The notes: a model not told the origin generated them from the letters alone. 64,000 nucleotides of DNA from an uncultured Nitrososphaeraceae archaeon (GCA_963779615.1 CAVZZA010000003.1:53237-117236), one strand, 5' to 3'; positions 42,157-52,883 are shown, counted from the stretch's first letter. A program made the numbers and translations.

Positions 42157-43593
42157 TTGAGTAGTGTAGCACCATTTGATTTAATTGTAATAGGGACGGG
42201 AACAGCGGGCTCAACTGCTGCAGCAGAATGTCGCTCCAAAGGATGGAGGGTCGCAATAATAGATTCACTACCATTTGGGGGAACATGTGCTTTGCGTGGG
42301 TGTGAGCCGAAGAAAATTCTTCTTGAGGCAGCAAAGACAGTTGATTCAAACCAAAGGCACGAAAACAAGGGCACAAGTGATTCAGAGGCAATCCAGATAA
42401 AGTGGCCTGATTTGATTCGCTTTAAAAAAACCTTTACCGATCATTTCCCAAAGCAAAGGGAGGATAGTTATCACAATTTAGGTATCATTCCTATTCACGG
42501 TCATGCCAAATTTATTGGCCCGGCCACGCTCAAGGTGGAAAATGATGGCGAAGGTGGTGACGGTAAGGGCAACGATGTGCTGGAAGGAAAACACATTTTG
42601 ATAGCAACAGGATCAAAACCCGCAAACTTGACCATTACGGGTTATGAGAATGTCATTACAAGCGATCAGTTTTTGGAATTTGATAGAGATCATTTGCCTG
42701 ATAAAATTGTATTTGTGGGTGGAGGATACGTCTCATTTGAATTTGCGCATATTTCTGTTCGCGCTGGTTGCAAGGATGTCACAATTTTACATAGAGGCAA
42801 ACAACCCTTGGAACGCTTTGATCCAGATCTTGTTAAACAATTAGTACAAAGGAGCCAAGAAATCGGAATCGACATCAGGTTGCAAACGGCAGTAAAAAGA
42901 ATAGATTTTTCTGATGATGGAAAGTTGGTTGTGCATTTTTCCAGTATTTCTAATTCTCAAGAGGGTAGCGATAGTCTAAAATCAATGAAAGCAGACATGG
43001 TTGTCCATGGAGCTGGCCGGGTTCCAAATACCGAAGGACTTGATTTGATTATGGGAAAAATAGAGTCCAACAACAGAGGAATAAAGGTCAATGAATACCT
43101 GCAAAGTATTTCAAACCCTGCCGTATATGCGGCGGGTGACGTCGCGGCAACAGCAGCAAGTGGTGGCCTACCATTAACTCCTGTCGCAAGTTATGACGGA
43201 AACATTGTAGCGAATAACCTATTGAATGGAAATTCCGTCAAGTTCAACTATGATGGCCTGCCCAGTGTAGTTTTCACCATCCCACCTATTGCATCAGTGG
43301 GTTTGCAGGAGAAAGAGGCAAAGGAGCAAGGCTTTCGGTTTAAAGTCAATCATAAGAACACATCAAGCTGGTATTCCTCTAGGCGCGTGGGTGAAACCTG
43401 TTCTGGGTTCAAGGTATTAGTTGAGGAGGGCAGTGATAGGATCTTGGGCGCTCACCTAGTGGGTCCACATTCTGAGGAAGTTATTAACATATTTTCTGTG
43501 GCTATCAGATTAGGGCTTGCTACAAAAGATCTCAACGACCCCATACTATATGCTTATCCCACCAACTCATCAGATGTAGTCTATATGCTATAG
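42157..43593 (+). CDS. Pyridine nucleotide-disulfide oxidoreductase (glutathione reductase-like)
   Basis: GTGTAG FAD motif, redox-active GGTCALRGC, GGGYVSFE, YAAGDV, dimerisation domain ILGAH. Confidence 0.9.
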   Translation: MSSVAPFDLIVIGTGTAGSTAAAECRSKGWRVAIIDSLPFGGTCALRGCEPKKILLEAAKTVDSNQRHENKGTSDSEAIQIKWPDLIRFKKTFTDHFPKQREDSYHNLGIIPIHGHAKFIGPATLKVENDGEGGDGKGNDVLEGKHILIATGSKPANLTITGYENVITSDQFLEFDRDHLPDKIVFVGGGYVSFEFAHISVRAGCKDVTILHRGKQPLERFDPDLVKQLVQRSQEIGIDIRLQTAVKRIDFSDDGKLVVHFSSISNSQEGSDSLKSMKADMVVHGAGRVPNTEGLDLIMGKIESNNRGIKVNEYLQSISNPAVYAAGDVAATAASGGLPLTPVASYDGNIVANNLLNGNSVKFNYDGLPSVVFTIPPIASVGLQEKEAKEQGFRFKVNHKNTSSWYSSRRVGETCSGFKVLVEEGSDRILGAHLVGPHSEEVINIFSVAIRLGLATKDLNDPILYAYPTNSSDVVYML

Positions 43594-44286
43594 ATTTTCC
43601 CTCGTTGTATTCTCGGTTTTATTTATTGACTCACTAAAGGATTTAGGGATCCTTATCCATATCCTTGAAACTGCATTGTTCTTTCAATGATGATGATTAT
43701 GCCGCCGCCGCCGCTTTTCTCACAATGGAAATAATGCATATGAGGGCCTAGTTTCAAGAACAGCCCCACAAGCATAAGGTGGATGCAAATATTACCACCG
43801 TTTGCTGTGGACAGTGGATGTTACCATTTTCCCTTGCTGGATACTACACCTACCATTATGCCGCAGCGGATAGGACCATACCTCAACTGTTCCTTGGGTT
43901 CCATATACCTCCTTCCCTTCCCCTTGCTCAACAAAGGTGACATAAATAACAATCCTATAGGAACATCCAGTATCCAATTTGCTCCACTCCGAATGAAAAA
44001 TTGATGGAGTCAATTGTTATGACTCAACCTTTAACCTCTGCCATCTACCAGCCGTGTTTGATAACATATGGAGCCAATAAATATAGCAATATTAGTGATA
44101 TTGCCATCCATAGGCAATACCAAGGCATCAGGTACTTACAAGTCGTTTTCCCCTTTCGCAACAAATAATGCTAAATCTTCACCAAAAGGCGATAAACCTA
44201 CTGTTTATGCATAGAAATGGCTGAATCTATTATTGGATCATTATAGCATTGTATAGTGCCTTAGGTTTATTGACTATCGACTGAAT

Positions 44287-45417
44287 TTGTTTATTAATTT
44301 GTTTATATTTTATGACGTGGATAATGAACATGAGCACCGTACCATGACCTTGGAAAAAAAAGATCAAGGTGTATTAGGAATACACCATGTTACAGCTATC
44401 GCACGTGACCCTCAAAAGAATTTTGATTTTTATGCAGGCATCCTGGGATTAAGATTGGTTAAATTAACGGTAAATTTTGACGACATAACCACATATCATT
44501 TGTACTATGGTGATGAATTAGGGCGACCAGGAACCATACTTACATTTTTCCCATGGAAAAACATACATCAGGGATGGAGGGGAACAGGGGAAGTGGTCAC
44601 TACATCATTTTTAATTCCTCAAAATGCTATCGACTACTGGAGTGATAGATTCGAGGATAAGGGAGTGGAACATACAGAACCCACTAGGCGATTTGACAAT
44701 AATGAGCAAATTATAACATTTTATGATACGGATGGTTTAAAATTGGAACTTGTAGCCAATAAAGAAGCAGAAAATAGAAAAACAAATGCCTGGAAAAATT
44801 GCCCCATTCCTGCAGATTATGCTATCAGGGGACTTTATTCTGTTACTCTGTCTTTAGACGGATACGATAAAACTGCATCTCTATTAACGAATGAAATTGG
44901 GTTTTCTAGAATAGCGCATGAAGGAAACAGATTTCGTTTCCAAATAAAAGACAAGTTCAATGAATCCTCATTAAAGAATCCTGACAGCAATGAGTATGAA
45001 AGATCTATGCATTCTACATCATCTATTGTTGACATAGTCTGTCTTCCATACACACAGCCTGGAACCATTGGTGCAGGCAGCGTTCATCATGTTGCATGGC
45101 GAACTCCAACTGATGAAAGTCAATTAGAAATGCGAAAAAAAATTACAAGAACAGGGTTAAACGCAACCCCCGTAATTGATCGCTTATACTTTCATTCAGT
45201 ATATTTTAGGGAACCAGGAGGCGTTCTTTTTGAGATAGCAACAGACCCCCCTGGCTTTTTGATAAATCAAAAACCGGAGGAGTTAGGACAAAAGCTTGTC
45301 TTACCCAAGTGGTTGGAGCCTAAACGAGGTTACATTGAAAAGACTTTGCCATCAATTGACGTTACAAATATTGGAAATATTAACTCGATAAAAGAGAGCA
45401 GGAGCGATTTAAATTGA
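44287..45417 (+). CDS. Ring-cleaving dioxygenase, VOC superfamily (MhqO/MhqE-like); likely start ATG at 44344
   Basis: GIHHVTAI...GLRLVKLTVNFDD..TYHLYYGD..GRPGTILTFFPW; GAGSVHHVAWR; DRLYFHSVYFREPGGVLFEIATDPPGF. Confidence 0.92.
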   Translation: MFINLFIFYDVDNEHEHRTMTLEKKDQGVLGIHHVTAIARDPQKNFDFYAGILGLRLVKLTVNFDDITTYHLYYGDELGRPGTILTFFPWKNIHQGWRGTGEVVTTSFLIPQNAIDYWSDRFEDKGVEHTEPTRRFDNNEQIITFYDTDGLKLELVANKEAENRKTNAWKNCPIPADYAIRGLYSVTLSLDGYDKTASLLTNEIGFSRIAHEGNRFRFQIKDKFNESSLKNPDSNEYERSMHSTSSIVDIVCLPYTQPGTIGAGSVHHVAWRTPTDESQLEMRKKITRTGLNATPVIDRLYFHSVYFREPGGVLFEIATDPPGFLINQKPEELGQKLVLPKWLEPKRGYIEKTLPSIDVTNIGNINSIKESRSDLN

Positions 45418-46085
45418 GTGATGAAAGCCTTAATTTTATACATCGTTTTATGCCATCAACTACAAGTTCTGAAAAAGAGTACGGTAGTGATGAAAATAAA
45501 ATAAAATCATTGTCCCCAACTTTATTACTGCTCCATGGGACAGGGGGAAATGAAAGGGATTTGATACCGCTTGGTCGCAGGATATATCCAAATTCATCCA
45601 TACTTAGTCCAAGGGGTAAAGTGTTGGAACATGGAATGCCCCGATTCTTTAGGAGATTAGCGGAAGGAGTTTTTGACATAGAGGATCTTAGGTTTAGAAC
45701 ACGGGAATTGGCAAAATTTGTTTATGAAGCATCGTTAAAGTATTCATTTGATTTAGGCAAAACAGTTGCTGTAGGCTTTTCAAATGGCGCAAACATTGGT
45801 GCAAGTCTCCTTTTACTTGATCCTCAAGTTATAGCAGGTGCTGTATTGTTTCGCCCCATGGTACCATTTATTCCCAATGACCCTTTACCTGACTTGTCCG
45901 AAAAGAAAGTATTTATTTTGTCAGGACAATACGACCCCATTGTCTCAAAAAAGCAAGCAGAAGATTTATTTTCATTATTGGAAGGTTCTGGTGCAAAAGT
46001 GGAAATGCAATGGCAGGCAAGTGGACACGAGATAACCCAAAACGATGTACAGGTTGCAAAAAAATGGCTATCAGAGAATTTCTAA
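45414..46085 (+). CDS. Alpha/beta hydrolase (carboxylesterase, MhqD-like)
   Basis: LLLHGTGG, RFFRR, nucleophile elbow GFSNGA, GQYDP, GHE; overlaps the upstream stop. Confidence 0.9.
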   Translation: MSDESLNFIHRFMPSTTSSEKEYGSDENKIKSLSPTLLLLHGTGGNERDLIPLGRRIYPNSSILSPRGKVLEHGMPRFFRRLAEGVFDIEDLRFRTRELAKFVYEASLKYSFDLGKTVAVGFSNGANIGASLLLLDPQVIAGAVLFRPMVPFIPNDPLPDLSEKKVFILSGQYDPIVSKKQAEDLFSLLEGSGAKVEMQWQASGHEITQNDVQVAKKWLSENF

Positions 46086-46138
46086 ACATCCCATAACAAC
46101 AGTTATCGATAAATAATTAATTAGTAATATACACATCA

Positions 46139-47062
46139 TTGGATAACGAACACTGGCCAGCACTGCCATTGGAAGAGTGGAAAGACACATACGACACACT
46201 TCACAGATGGACTCAAATAGTCGGAAAGATTCGACTTGCAACCGCACCGCTGGAGAATCACTGGTGGAATACCACCCTGTATGTCAACCCCAGGGGACTC
46301 ACGACATCAGCCATGCACTATAATGGCACAACCTTCCAGATGGACTTTGATTTCATTGATCACAACCTTCTAATCCAAACTAATGAGGGCTCTACGAAGA
46401 CAATTGCGTTGCGTCCCCGCTCTGTGGCTGATTTTTATCAAGAAACGGTATCTGCCTTGGGGGACCTTGAGATTTACGTTCCCATCTGGACGACACCTGT
46501 GGAAGTGCAGGATCGAACCCCTTTTGAGGAAGATGACAAGCACGCCTCATACAATCCTGAATATGTGCAGCGATTATGGAGTATTTTATCACAGACAAGC
46601 AGAGTATTTACCGAGTTTCGATCTCATTTTATAGGCAAGGTGAGCCCGGTCCATTTTTTCTGGGGTGCGTTTGATCTTGCCGTTACGCGCTTTTCGGGAC
46701 GTAGTGCCCCACCGCATCCAGGAGCATCAAACCTTGCCCGATTTGTCGCTGTTGAAGCATATACCCATGAAGTCAGTAGTTGCGGCTTCTGGCCAGGCGG
46801 TGGTCCTATAGACGAACCTGTGTTCTATGCATATGCCTATCCTGAACCAACGGGATTTAAGGACTTTAATATCCAGGCACCAAATGCATTCTATAGTTCA
46901 GATATGAAAGAATTCCTATTGCCCTATGAGACAGTTAGAACCTCCGAATCCCCCGATAGCGTCTTGATGACTTTCCTGCAAAGCACCTATGAGGCAGCAG
47001 CGACCCTTGCAAAGTGGGATAGGCAAGCATTGGAGCGTCAGCATAATGTGATTTATCCATAA
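46139..47062 (+). CDS. DUF5996 family protein
   Basis: WPALPLEEWKDTYDTLH.WTQIVGKIRL...NHWW...SPVHFFWGAFDLAVTRFSGR...CGFWPG...FYAYAYPEP. Confidence 0.85.
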   Translation: MDNEHWPALPLEEWKDTYDTLHRWTQIVGKIRLATAPLENHWWNTTLYVNPRGLTTSAMHYNGTTFQMDFDFIDHNLLIQTNEGSTKTIALRPRSVADFYQETVSALGDLEIYVPIWTTPVEVQDRTPFEEDDKHASYNPEYVQRLWSILSQTSRVFTEFRSHFIGKVSPVHFFWGAFDLAVTRFSGRSAPPHPGASNLARFVAVEAYTHEVSSCGFWPGGGPIDEPVFYAYAYPEPTGFKDFNIQAPNAFYSSDMKEFLLPYETVRTSESPDSVLMTFLQSTYEAAATLAKWDRQALERQHNVIYP

Positions 47063-47120
47063 CAATTGCAAATTCTGACAAGAATGCCCCTTGTTTCTTT
47101 TGTTATTTGGTATCTTGTTT

Positions 47121-47140
47121 ATGCATTAAATTTAATGCAT
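47121..47140. other. Perfect 20-bp palindrome downstream of the detox cluster
   Basis: atgcattaaatttaatgcat equals its own reverse complement. Confidence 0.9.
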
Positions 47141-48012
47141 TAAAGTTACAAATTCCAATACAGCAAATCCATTCGCTCAGGCAAACGCATAGAAAAAGGG
47201 TGCAGACCTTTTGACCAATTCTGAAAAGTCTTTGTTATCTTTATGATATTTTACTAATATCTTGTTTGTCATGCCAAAACGTTTGAAGTACGACTACTGA
47301 TTGCATGTTATCATTACACATATTACCGGTATCCTCCATCATAGAGCAAAATCCTTGAAAACCTTTTATCTTGTCTTTAATGGAGTAAAGAAATTACAGA
47401 ACATATATACAACTTTATATTTATTTTTAGATATGCCACTTACCCCATTATTGCATTTTATATGTTCTATATCAGAAAGTTTATCCATTAATTTCATATC
47501 ACGCATGAAAGAGATTTGGATTATTAACCTTATTGACAGAACCCATTATTAAAAATATTAAACAGTATAAAATACGGTATATTGTTGCATCTTACGGTAA
47601 CAGACATCCAATTGATATCCAATTCTCCGCAAGGAATAGCAGTAATTGAACAGGGTTCAGAAGATCTTTATACCTATGTTAACATTATTACTTTTGGAAT
47701 TGACGTTGCAGCAGGAATTATTGGTGGTATTTCATCACTTATTGCTATAAGTTGATTAGATATATTATATATAATATCGTCTTTTAATTTGTACTTTGTT
47801 TATTAAAAAATTTAACCCAAGATAACAATTTAATAATCCTAACAATTTATCATCGATTAAAGAAGGTTAAATAGCCATATAATCCAGTTACGGTTTAGCA
47901 ATATTTTTGCTATATCTTAACAAGGAAAAGTATTCTTAATGATTAACGCATTCTATATCTCTATGCTCATAGCAAATTTTGAAAAAAAATCAAAGATAAA
48001 AAAAGAAAGCCG

Positions 48013-48978
48013 CTATTTGTTTGGAACGTAGACATGGACATCAGAGTCTTTTCCATCACCTACATATACATCCCCAATGGAGCTTATAGCTATTCCTACA
48101 GGGTCCTCAAACCGTTCCTCAAGAGGACCAGTGTTACCAAATTGGGCAAAATAATTCCCGTTGTTATCAAACACCTGTACACGGTTGTTGTCATTATCAA
48201 CCACATACACATTATCCGCGGAATCTATTGCCATTTCAATTGGATTATCAAACTGACCATTCCCCTTTCCATAAGAGCCAAAACTCATCAAAAAGTTCCC
48301 GTTTTTATCAAATTTTTGTATTCTGTCATTGCCCGAGTCCGCTACAAAAATGTAATCAAGAGAATCTATCGATACATCAGTAGGATCGATAAATTGACCA
48401 TTCCCCTTTCCATAAGAGCCAAAACTCATCAAAAAGTTCCCGTTTTTATCAAATTTTTGTACATTGTTTTTTTCACCAAAGTCAGTAGCATATACGTTGT
48501 CTTCTTGGTCTACACCCAAACCACCTGGATTGATAAACTGCCCAGGTCCCAAACCAAATGATCCAAAGGAACGGTTGAATGTTCCGTTTTTATCAAATTC
48601 TTTGATAGCATAATTTGGGTTTCCAAAATCCGCCACGAAGATATTATCTTTTGAATCTATAGCGATACCTGAAGGGTGAGTAAAATATTGGGGACCGTTA
48701 CCTAATATTCCGAACCCTAAAATATAGGTCCCATTAGGTGTAAGTTTTTGTATCATTTTGGTAGAGTATCCGTTGAAGTCTGCCACATACACATTATTTG
48801 CCGAGTCTATACCTATACCAGTGACTTGTTTGAACTGTCCTAGGGACACGCCTTTTTCACCCCACATTGTCTTGTGTGAAAATTCAAGGGCAAAAGTAAA
48901 AAGAGGGATTAAACTTACTATTACTAAAAAATACAACACCATTGTCAGACCAAAGATAAAAAATGGTTCAACTTTCAT
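48013..48978 (-). CDS. Membrane-anchored or secreted NHL-repeat (6-bladed beta-propeller) protein
   Basis: N-terminal hydrophobic segment; six repeats of F-x-x-P-x-G-I-A-I-D-S-x-D-N-V-Y-V-x-D. Confidence 0.92.
   Translation of the reverse strand: MKVEPFFIFGLTMVLYFLVIVSLIPLFTFALEFSHKTMWGEKGVSLGQFKQVTGIGIDSANNVYVADFNGYSTKMIQKLTPNGTYILGFGILGNGPQYFTHPSGIAIDSKDNIFVADFGNPNYAIKEFDKNGTFNRSFGSFGLGPGQFINPGGLGVDQEDNVYATDFGEKNNVQKFDKNGNFLMSFGSYGKGNGQFIDPTDVSIDSLDYIFVADSGNDRIQKFDKNGNFLMSFGSYGKGNGQFDNPIEMAIDSADNVYVVDNDNNRVQVFDNNGNYFAQFGNTGPLEERFEDPVGIAISSIGDVYVGDGKDSDVHVYVPNK
48254..48461. repeat. Identical 67-bp internal repeat with a 141-bp (one NHL blade) period
   Basis: 48254-48320 equals 48395-48461; encodes QKFDKNGNFLMSFGSYGKGNGQ twice. 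Confidence 0.9.
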
Positions 48979-49503
48979 AACATCCTATCAAGAGGTATAA
49001 TTTAAATACTTTTAATTTTCCCGGCAAAACCGCCAAAGGGAAGTGCAACCCTATAATATGTTGGAAAGCCTAAGGGATAAACAGGTTCTGGAAAATAATC
49101 AAAAATTGTCATCAGAAACAAAATCTTTTTTAGAAAAAAAGCAATGTCGAGACATTTGGATTAACTACAGGATTCGGAGGATTGACCAAGTTGCTTGTTT
49201 TTTCACTCTTGATAATGGGAAGCCACTGCTTTTGTTTAATGAAGAACTAAGGTTGGATGAATTTCATCAATTGCGTACAGGTTTTTTACTACGCTCATGA
49301 TAATAGACACCATAAGAATGTTCATATTGACTTTCATCACTCCACCCCTTACAATGAAAACCAGTATCAAAACAACAAAGCAATGAAGACATTTTCAATA
49401 TTAAATTAATTGAGTTGATTGTTGATTTTGTTTAAATCCCAGAAAGAGCGGAATTTAAATGAAAAAAGGATGCACTGAATATAAAAAAAGGATAACTACT
49501 TCC

Positions 49504-49713
49504 TTATTCATACATGGTTTTCTCAGACTTGTTTGATCCTTCTTTTGCTTCCTCATAAATTATCATTGCAGAGTGATACATCTCATTGTCTTTAAACGTC
49601 ATAGAATATTTTATATTAATCAAGTTATTCTTGCCAACTTGTTCAAGGTAACTGTTTACGCCTTTTTCCAAGTTCCCCTCATCGCTTGATTTAAAAATTT
49701 TGATTTTTACCAT
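49504..49713 (-). CDS. Cse60/DUF2758-like small protein
   Basis: MVKIKIF....E..LEKGVNSYL......LINIKYS........SAMIIYE resembles the Bacillus Cse60 pattern. Confidence 0.65.
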   Translation of the reverse strand: MVKIKIFKSSDEGNLEKGVNSYLEQVGKNNLINIKYSMTFKDNEMYHSAMIIYEEAKEGSNKSEKTMYE

Positions 49714-49839
49714 AATTATTAAAGTATTTTGTCTTATTTGAATTTTAAATTTTTGGGTTCTGTTAACTTGGTTAGGATAATACTTGAGGCTTTATAGCCC
49801 TAGTGAGTATATATAAACTATTTTAAACATTATTGACTA

Positions 49840-49992
49840 ATGAATGACTTTGATAAATCCGTAAAGAAGATGAAAGATGCACAACAAGATGTTGATGCAA
49901 AGGTGGAAACTTCACAAGACCATGCAGAAGGAAAACCAAGTTCAGAAACACTGAACAAGGCAAAAAACAAGATTAAGGATGCACTCTCCTAA
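49840..49992 (+). CDS. 50-aa hydrophilic microprotein, copy B (not in ORF track)
   Basis: MNDFDKSVKKMKDAQQDVDAKVETSQDHAEGKPSSETLNKAKNKIKDALS*; tatatataaa ~23 nt upstream; T-run after the stop. Confidence 0.8.
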   Translation: MNDFDKSVKKMKDAQQDVDAKVETSQDHAEGKPSSETLNKAKNKIKDALS

Positions 49993-50376
49993 ATTTTTTT
50001 AGTTCTGCTCATTCTATAGGTATTATTTTGTGTTTAAAATATAGATAAAATAAAACTTTGAAATTTTTAATGATATGTATTTTTGCAGTTACTATCGTAC
50101 CATTATATGTAAAACCTTTTTTTTATCCTATGGGGTAATTGCCAAAATGGGTTCAAGATCTAAAATGCTATTACTCTCATATGCCTACCAAATAGAGTAA
50201 AAAACCGCAAGCCAGTCTCTAATCATTTGTTAAGTTTTTCAACAGGTCTAACTGCAAACAATGGTGTGAATAAGCATGGAGCAAAAGGATGGTAACAAAT
50301 TAAATTTAAGAATAGCAAAATACACAGCAGGACAGCAGAATTGACAATATGTTATTTCAAAAAACAATCAGGCTGT

Positions 50377-52365
50377 TTATTCCCCATTTTTCGCTTTGTC
50401 GTCTTTATGCTGGTTATCTGAATTAACGTATATCAAATTTATGAGCAATGGGGATAGTGTGGGGGGAGATGCCCTAATCTTTTTGGTTGCAATGTTATAG
50501 TAATGATCGACTAACTCGTTAAAGTGGTGGATCTGTCTGGCCATTAAACTTATGAAAGAAACTGCGGTTTGGCATTGTGAAGAAAGATCCTGCTTTTGCC
50601 TGTTTAATTCACTCGTTTCTCTCTTTGTTTTTTCCAGTGTCTGCTGTTGTTCTTTTATCGATGAGTTTATGTTCCCCAATTTTCTCAGATTCTCTATAAA
50701 TGATTTCCAGTGTTCTGCTCTGTTACTGTTGTTGTTACTGTTACTGACATTTACGGCTTTGCTGCCCTTGTCTGTGCTGCCTTTGCTGCACTCGCCTTGA
50801 GGATCCAACTGTAACTTGCCACTTGCGGTTTCTGTCACCAATTGGCTGATGCTTATGATGTCACTTTCGCTTATTCCGTTTTGGAAGAGATAATGCAAGG
50901 TTGTGCCTACAAATGGTGCTGATTGCATTGCCAGCCTATTGTTGTTCAGCTCTTGCTCTGCCTTAAAAAGCTCTTTTCTTTTTTCCTTGACTTTGTCTTC
51001 CAACAAAAACTTGTCATGGTAGTTTTCCTCAATGTCCCTTATGAACAAGGACACTGCATCTTGTGATGATAGGAAATCCTTTCTTGTTCCGGCAATTTCC
51101 AAAATGGTGTTCCATATCTGTTTTAGCTCTGTTAGTCCAAAATTCATTGCCTGCAGTTGCCCATACACACCCATCGTTTGCCTGTGCATGCTTACCTGAG
51201 ATTCTAAATGTGAAACCAGGTTTTGCAAAGAACTTTTTTGTTCAAAGAGTTCATTGACCTCTTTCTGGTTTTCCGTTATTTGCAATTTGAGGGACAGTGA
51301 ATTTTTATACGCCCTTATTATTTCGGCTGCGTCATAACCCTTCTCCTTAAAGTCATGGATTAGCTTGGCTAGTTCCTTTATGCCCTCATCCATGTTAATG
51401 TCATAGGTATCCCTTAACACTTTTTTTAGGTCTGCAAATATCTGAAGGTAGGTCATGGTGTTTTTTTCCCTCTTGTTTGTTATGGCAAGATTCTCCTCTG
51501 CCTGAGTCCTTTGCAACTCTAGTTCCTTTATTTCCTCCATTGCCTTTTTTCTGTATTCCTCAGCCTTGGAGTATTCTTTTTTCATTTGGGCAATACACAA
51601 AGAAATTCGGGAAACAAACGGCATTTCAGTTTCATCATTTGGATAGGGGGAGGAAGAGGGGGAGGCTGTTTGTTTTGATTTGGCATCAGGATGGTTTTCC
51701 TTTACCTGCGTGAGAGAGTTAAGACCGTCATCATTATCCTCCCGTGAACTGAAACCTGGTGTTTTGCCTGTTTTCTGGGGTTGCTGATATTGTGGTTGCC
51801 GGGTGGTGGTTGTGATGGTGTTATCCAGTCCACTTGCACTTAGCTTCGGTTGGGCATACCTGTTTCCATCCTTGTCAAAACCATCATCATCGACATCATA
51901 GTTGCCGTTTGGGGAAAAGGGTGACTTGTTTTTGTTGTTGGGGGAAGTGCCGTAAAAGTCAAACAAGTCTTTAATCCATGCTGGTACGGTTGAGGGTGCA
52001 AGACCTTGCCTTTTGCAGTTCTTATAGACGTCCTCTATAAAGGAGGCGAACTCGTCGTAGTTGCCCTCGTATTTGTTATCGATGCCATCATCATCACCTT
52101 CATGTATGTCAAGTCTTTTCAGTATACCTATCATCCTAAAGCCCTGGGCGCATTGCCCAATCGATATCTCCGACTTCCTGACCTTGATCGAAAACTCCCT
52201 CAGCGTGTCAATGTCGGGTGTCCCGATTTCTCCTTTCCAGTCGTTTATCAAATAATGCACCTTGCCTTTTGAGACATTGGTTTCTGAGGCTATTTGGTCC
52301 ATCGATTTGCCGTTTAGGTAGCCTTGTATCACTAGCGATATGCCGGTTTGTTTTGAACTTGACAT
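50377..52365 (-). CDS. N-terminal HTH plus long coiled-coil protein, hypothetical
   Basis: YLNGKSMDQIASETNVSKGKVHYLI (HTH), low-complexity linkers, heptad-rich segments; visibly more GC-rich than the flanks. Confidence 0.8.
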   Translation of the reverse strand: MSSSKQTGISLVIQGYLNGKSMDQIASETNVSKGKVHYLINDWKGEIGTPDIDTLREFSIKVRKSEISIGQCAQGFRMIGILKRLDIHEGDDDGIDNKYEGNYDEFASFIEDVYKNCKRQGLAPSTVPAWIKDLFDFYGTSPNNKNKSPFSPNGNYDVDDDGFDKDGNRYAQPKLSASGLDNTITTTTRQPQYQQPQKTGKTPGFSSREDNDDGLNSLTQVKENHPDAKSKQTASPSSSPYPNDETEMPFVSRISLCIAQMKKEYSKAEEYRKKAMEEIKELELQRTQAEENLAITNKREKNTMTYLQIFADLKKVLRDTYDINMDEGIKELAKLIHDFKEKGYDAAEIIRAYKNSLSLKLQITENQKEVNELFEQKSSLQNLVSHLESQVSMHRQTMGVYGQLQAMNFGLTELKQIWNTILEIAGTRKDFLSSQDAVSLFIRDIEENYHDKFLLEDKVKEKRKELFKAEQELNNNRLAMQSAPFVGTTLHYLFQNGISESDIISISQLVTETASGKLQLDPQGECSKGSTDKGSKAVNVSNSNNNSNRAEHWKSFIENLRKLGNINSSIKEQQQTLEKTKRETSELNRQKQDLSSQCQTAVSFISLMARQIHHFNELVDHYYNIATKKIRASPPTLSPLLINLIYVNSDNQHKDDKAKNGE

Positions 52366-52502
52366 TTATGGTATAGATAATATATGGTCAAGTAGTATTT
52401 AAATTCGGTCATTTTGATCAATAAAGCGGTCAAAATAGTCAATTATTCGGTCAAATATAATGGTGCTTGGGGATGAGGTGATTATGCTCTGTTGGGCAGG
52501 GG

Positions 52503-52860
52503 CCAAAAGACGTATTCCATATGCTAAAACAAAAGAAGGTAAAAAAAGAAAACTGCAACATCCATGTCTTGATAAAGCATATAATTCCGAGCCCGAAGAG
52601 CAAGCAATTGCAAAAAGAGGATATGTACCACATTTACCGTACAGGAGAAAAAAAGGAGAGGTCAAGAAAGATACGGAAAAGATCATAAATCGCAAAAAAC
52701 ATCCTGCAAGAAGATGGGTTGTGGAGAGAACCAACTCATGGCACAGCAGGTCCAGAAAGCTGTTCACATGGTATGAAAAGAAAGCAGAGAGATACCTTGG
52801 CTTGGTGCAGCTATCATATGGTATCATAATCTACAGAAAGATAGTTTTGGGATAGGCTCT
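52503..52860 (+). mobile_element. 3' fragment of the IS5 element family seen at 24194..25137
   Basis: LDKAY...RWVVERTNSW...YLGLVQL; ends in TIR ttttgggataggctct; strong DNA similarity to the reverse complement of ~24194-24550. Confidence 0.85.
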
Positions 52861-52883
52861 TAATTTGCTTAACTGTTTTATGT

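Noticed and set aside
43783-44013. Two overlapping 73-aa ORFs between the reductase and the dioxygenase
   Set aside because: Neither has a motif, clear start context or family resemblance; probably a remnant.
47575-47757. DUF1622-like membrane protein fragment (GIDVAAGIIGG)
   Set aside because: No clear start and truncated; too short to call.
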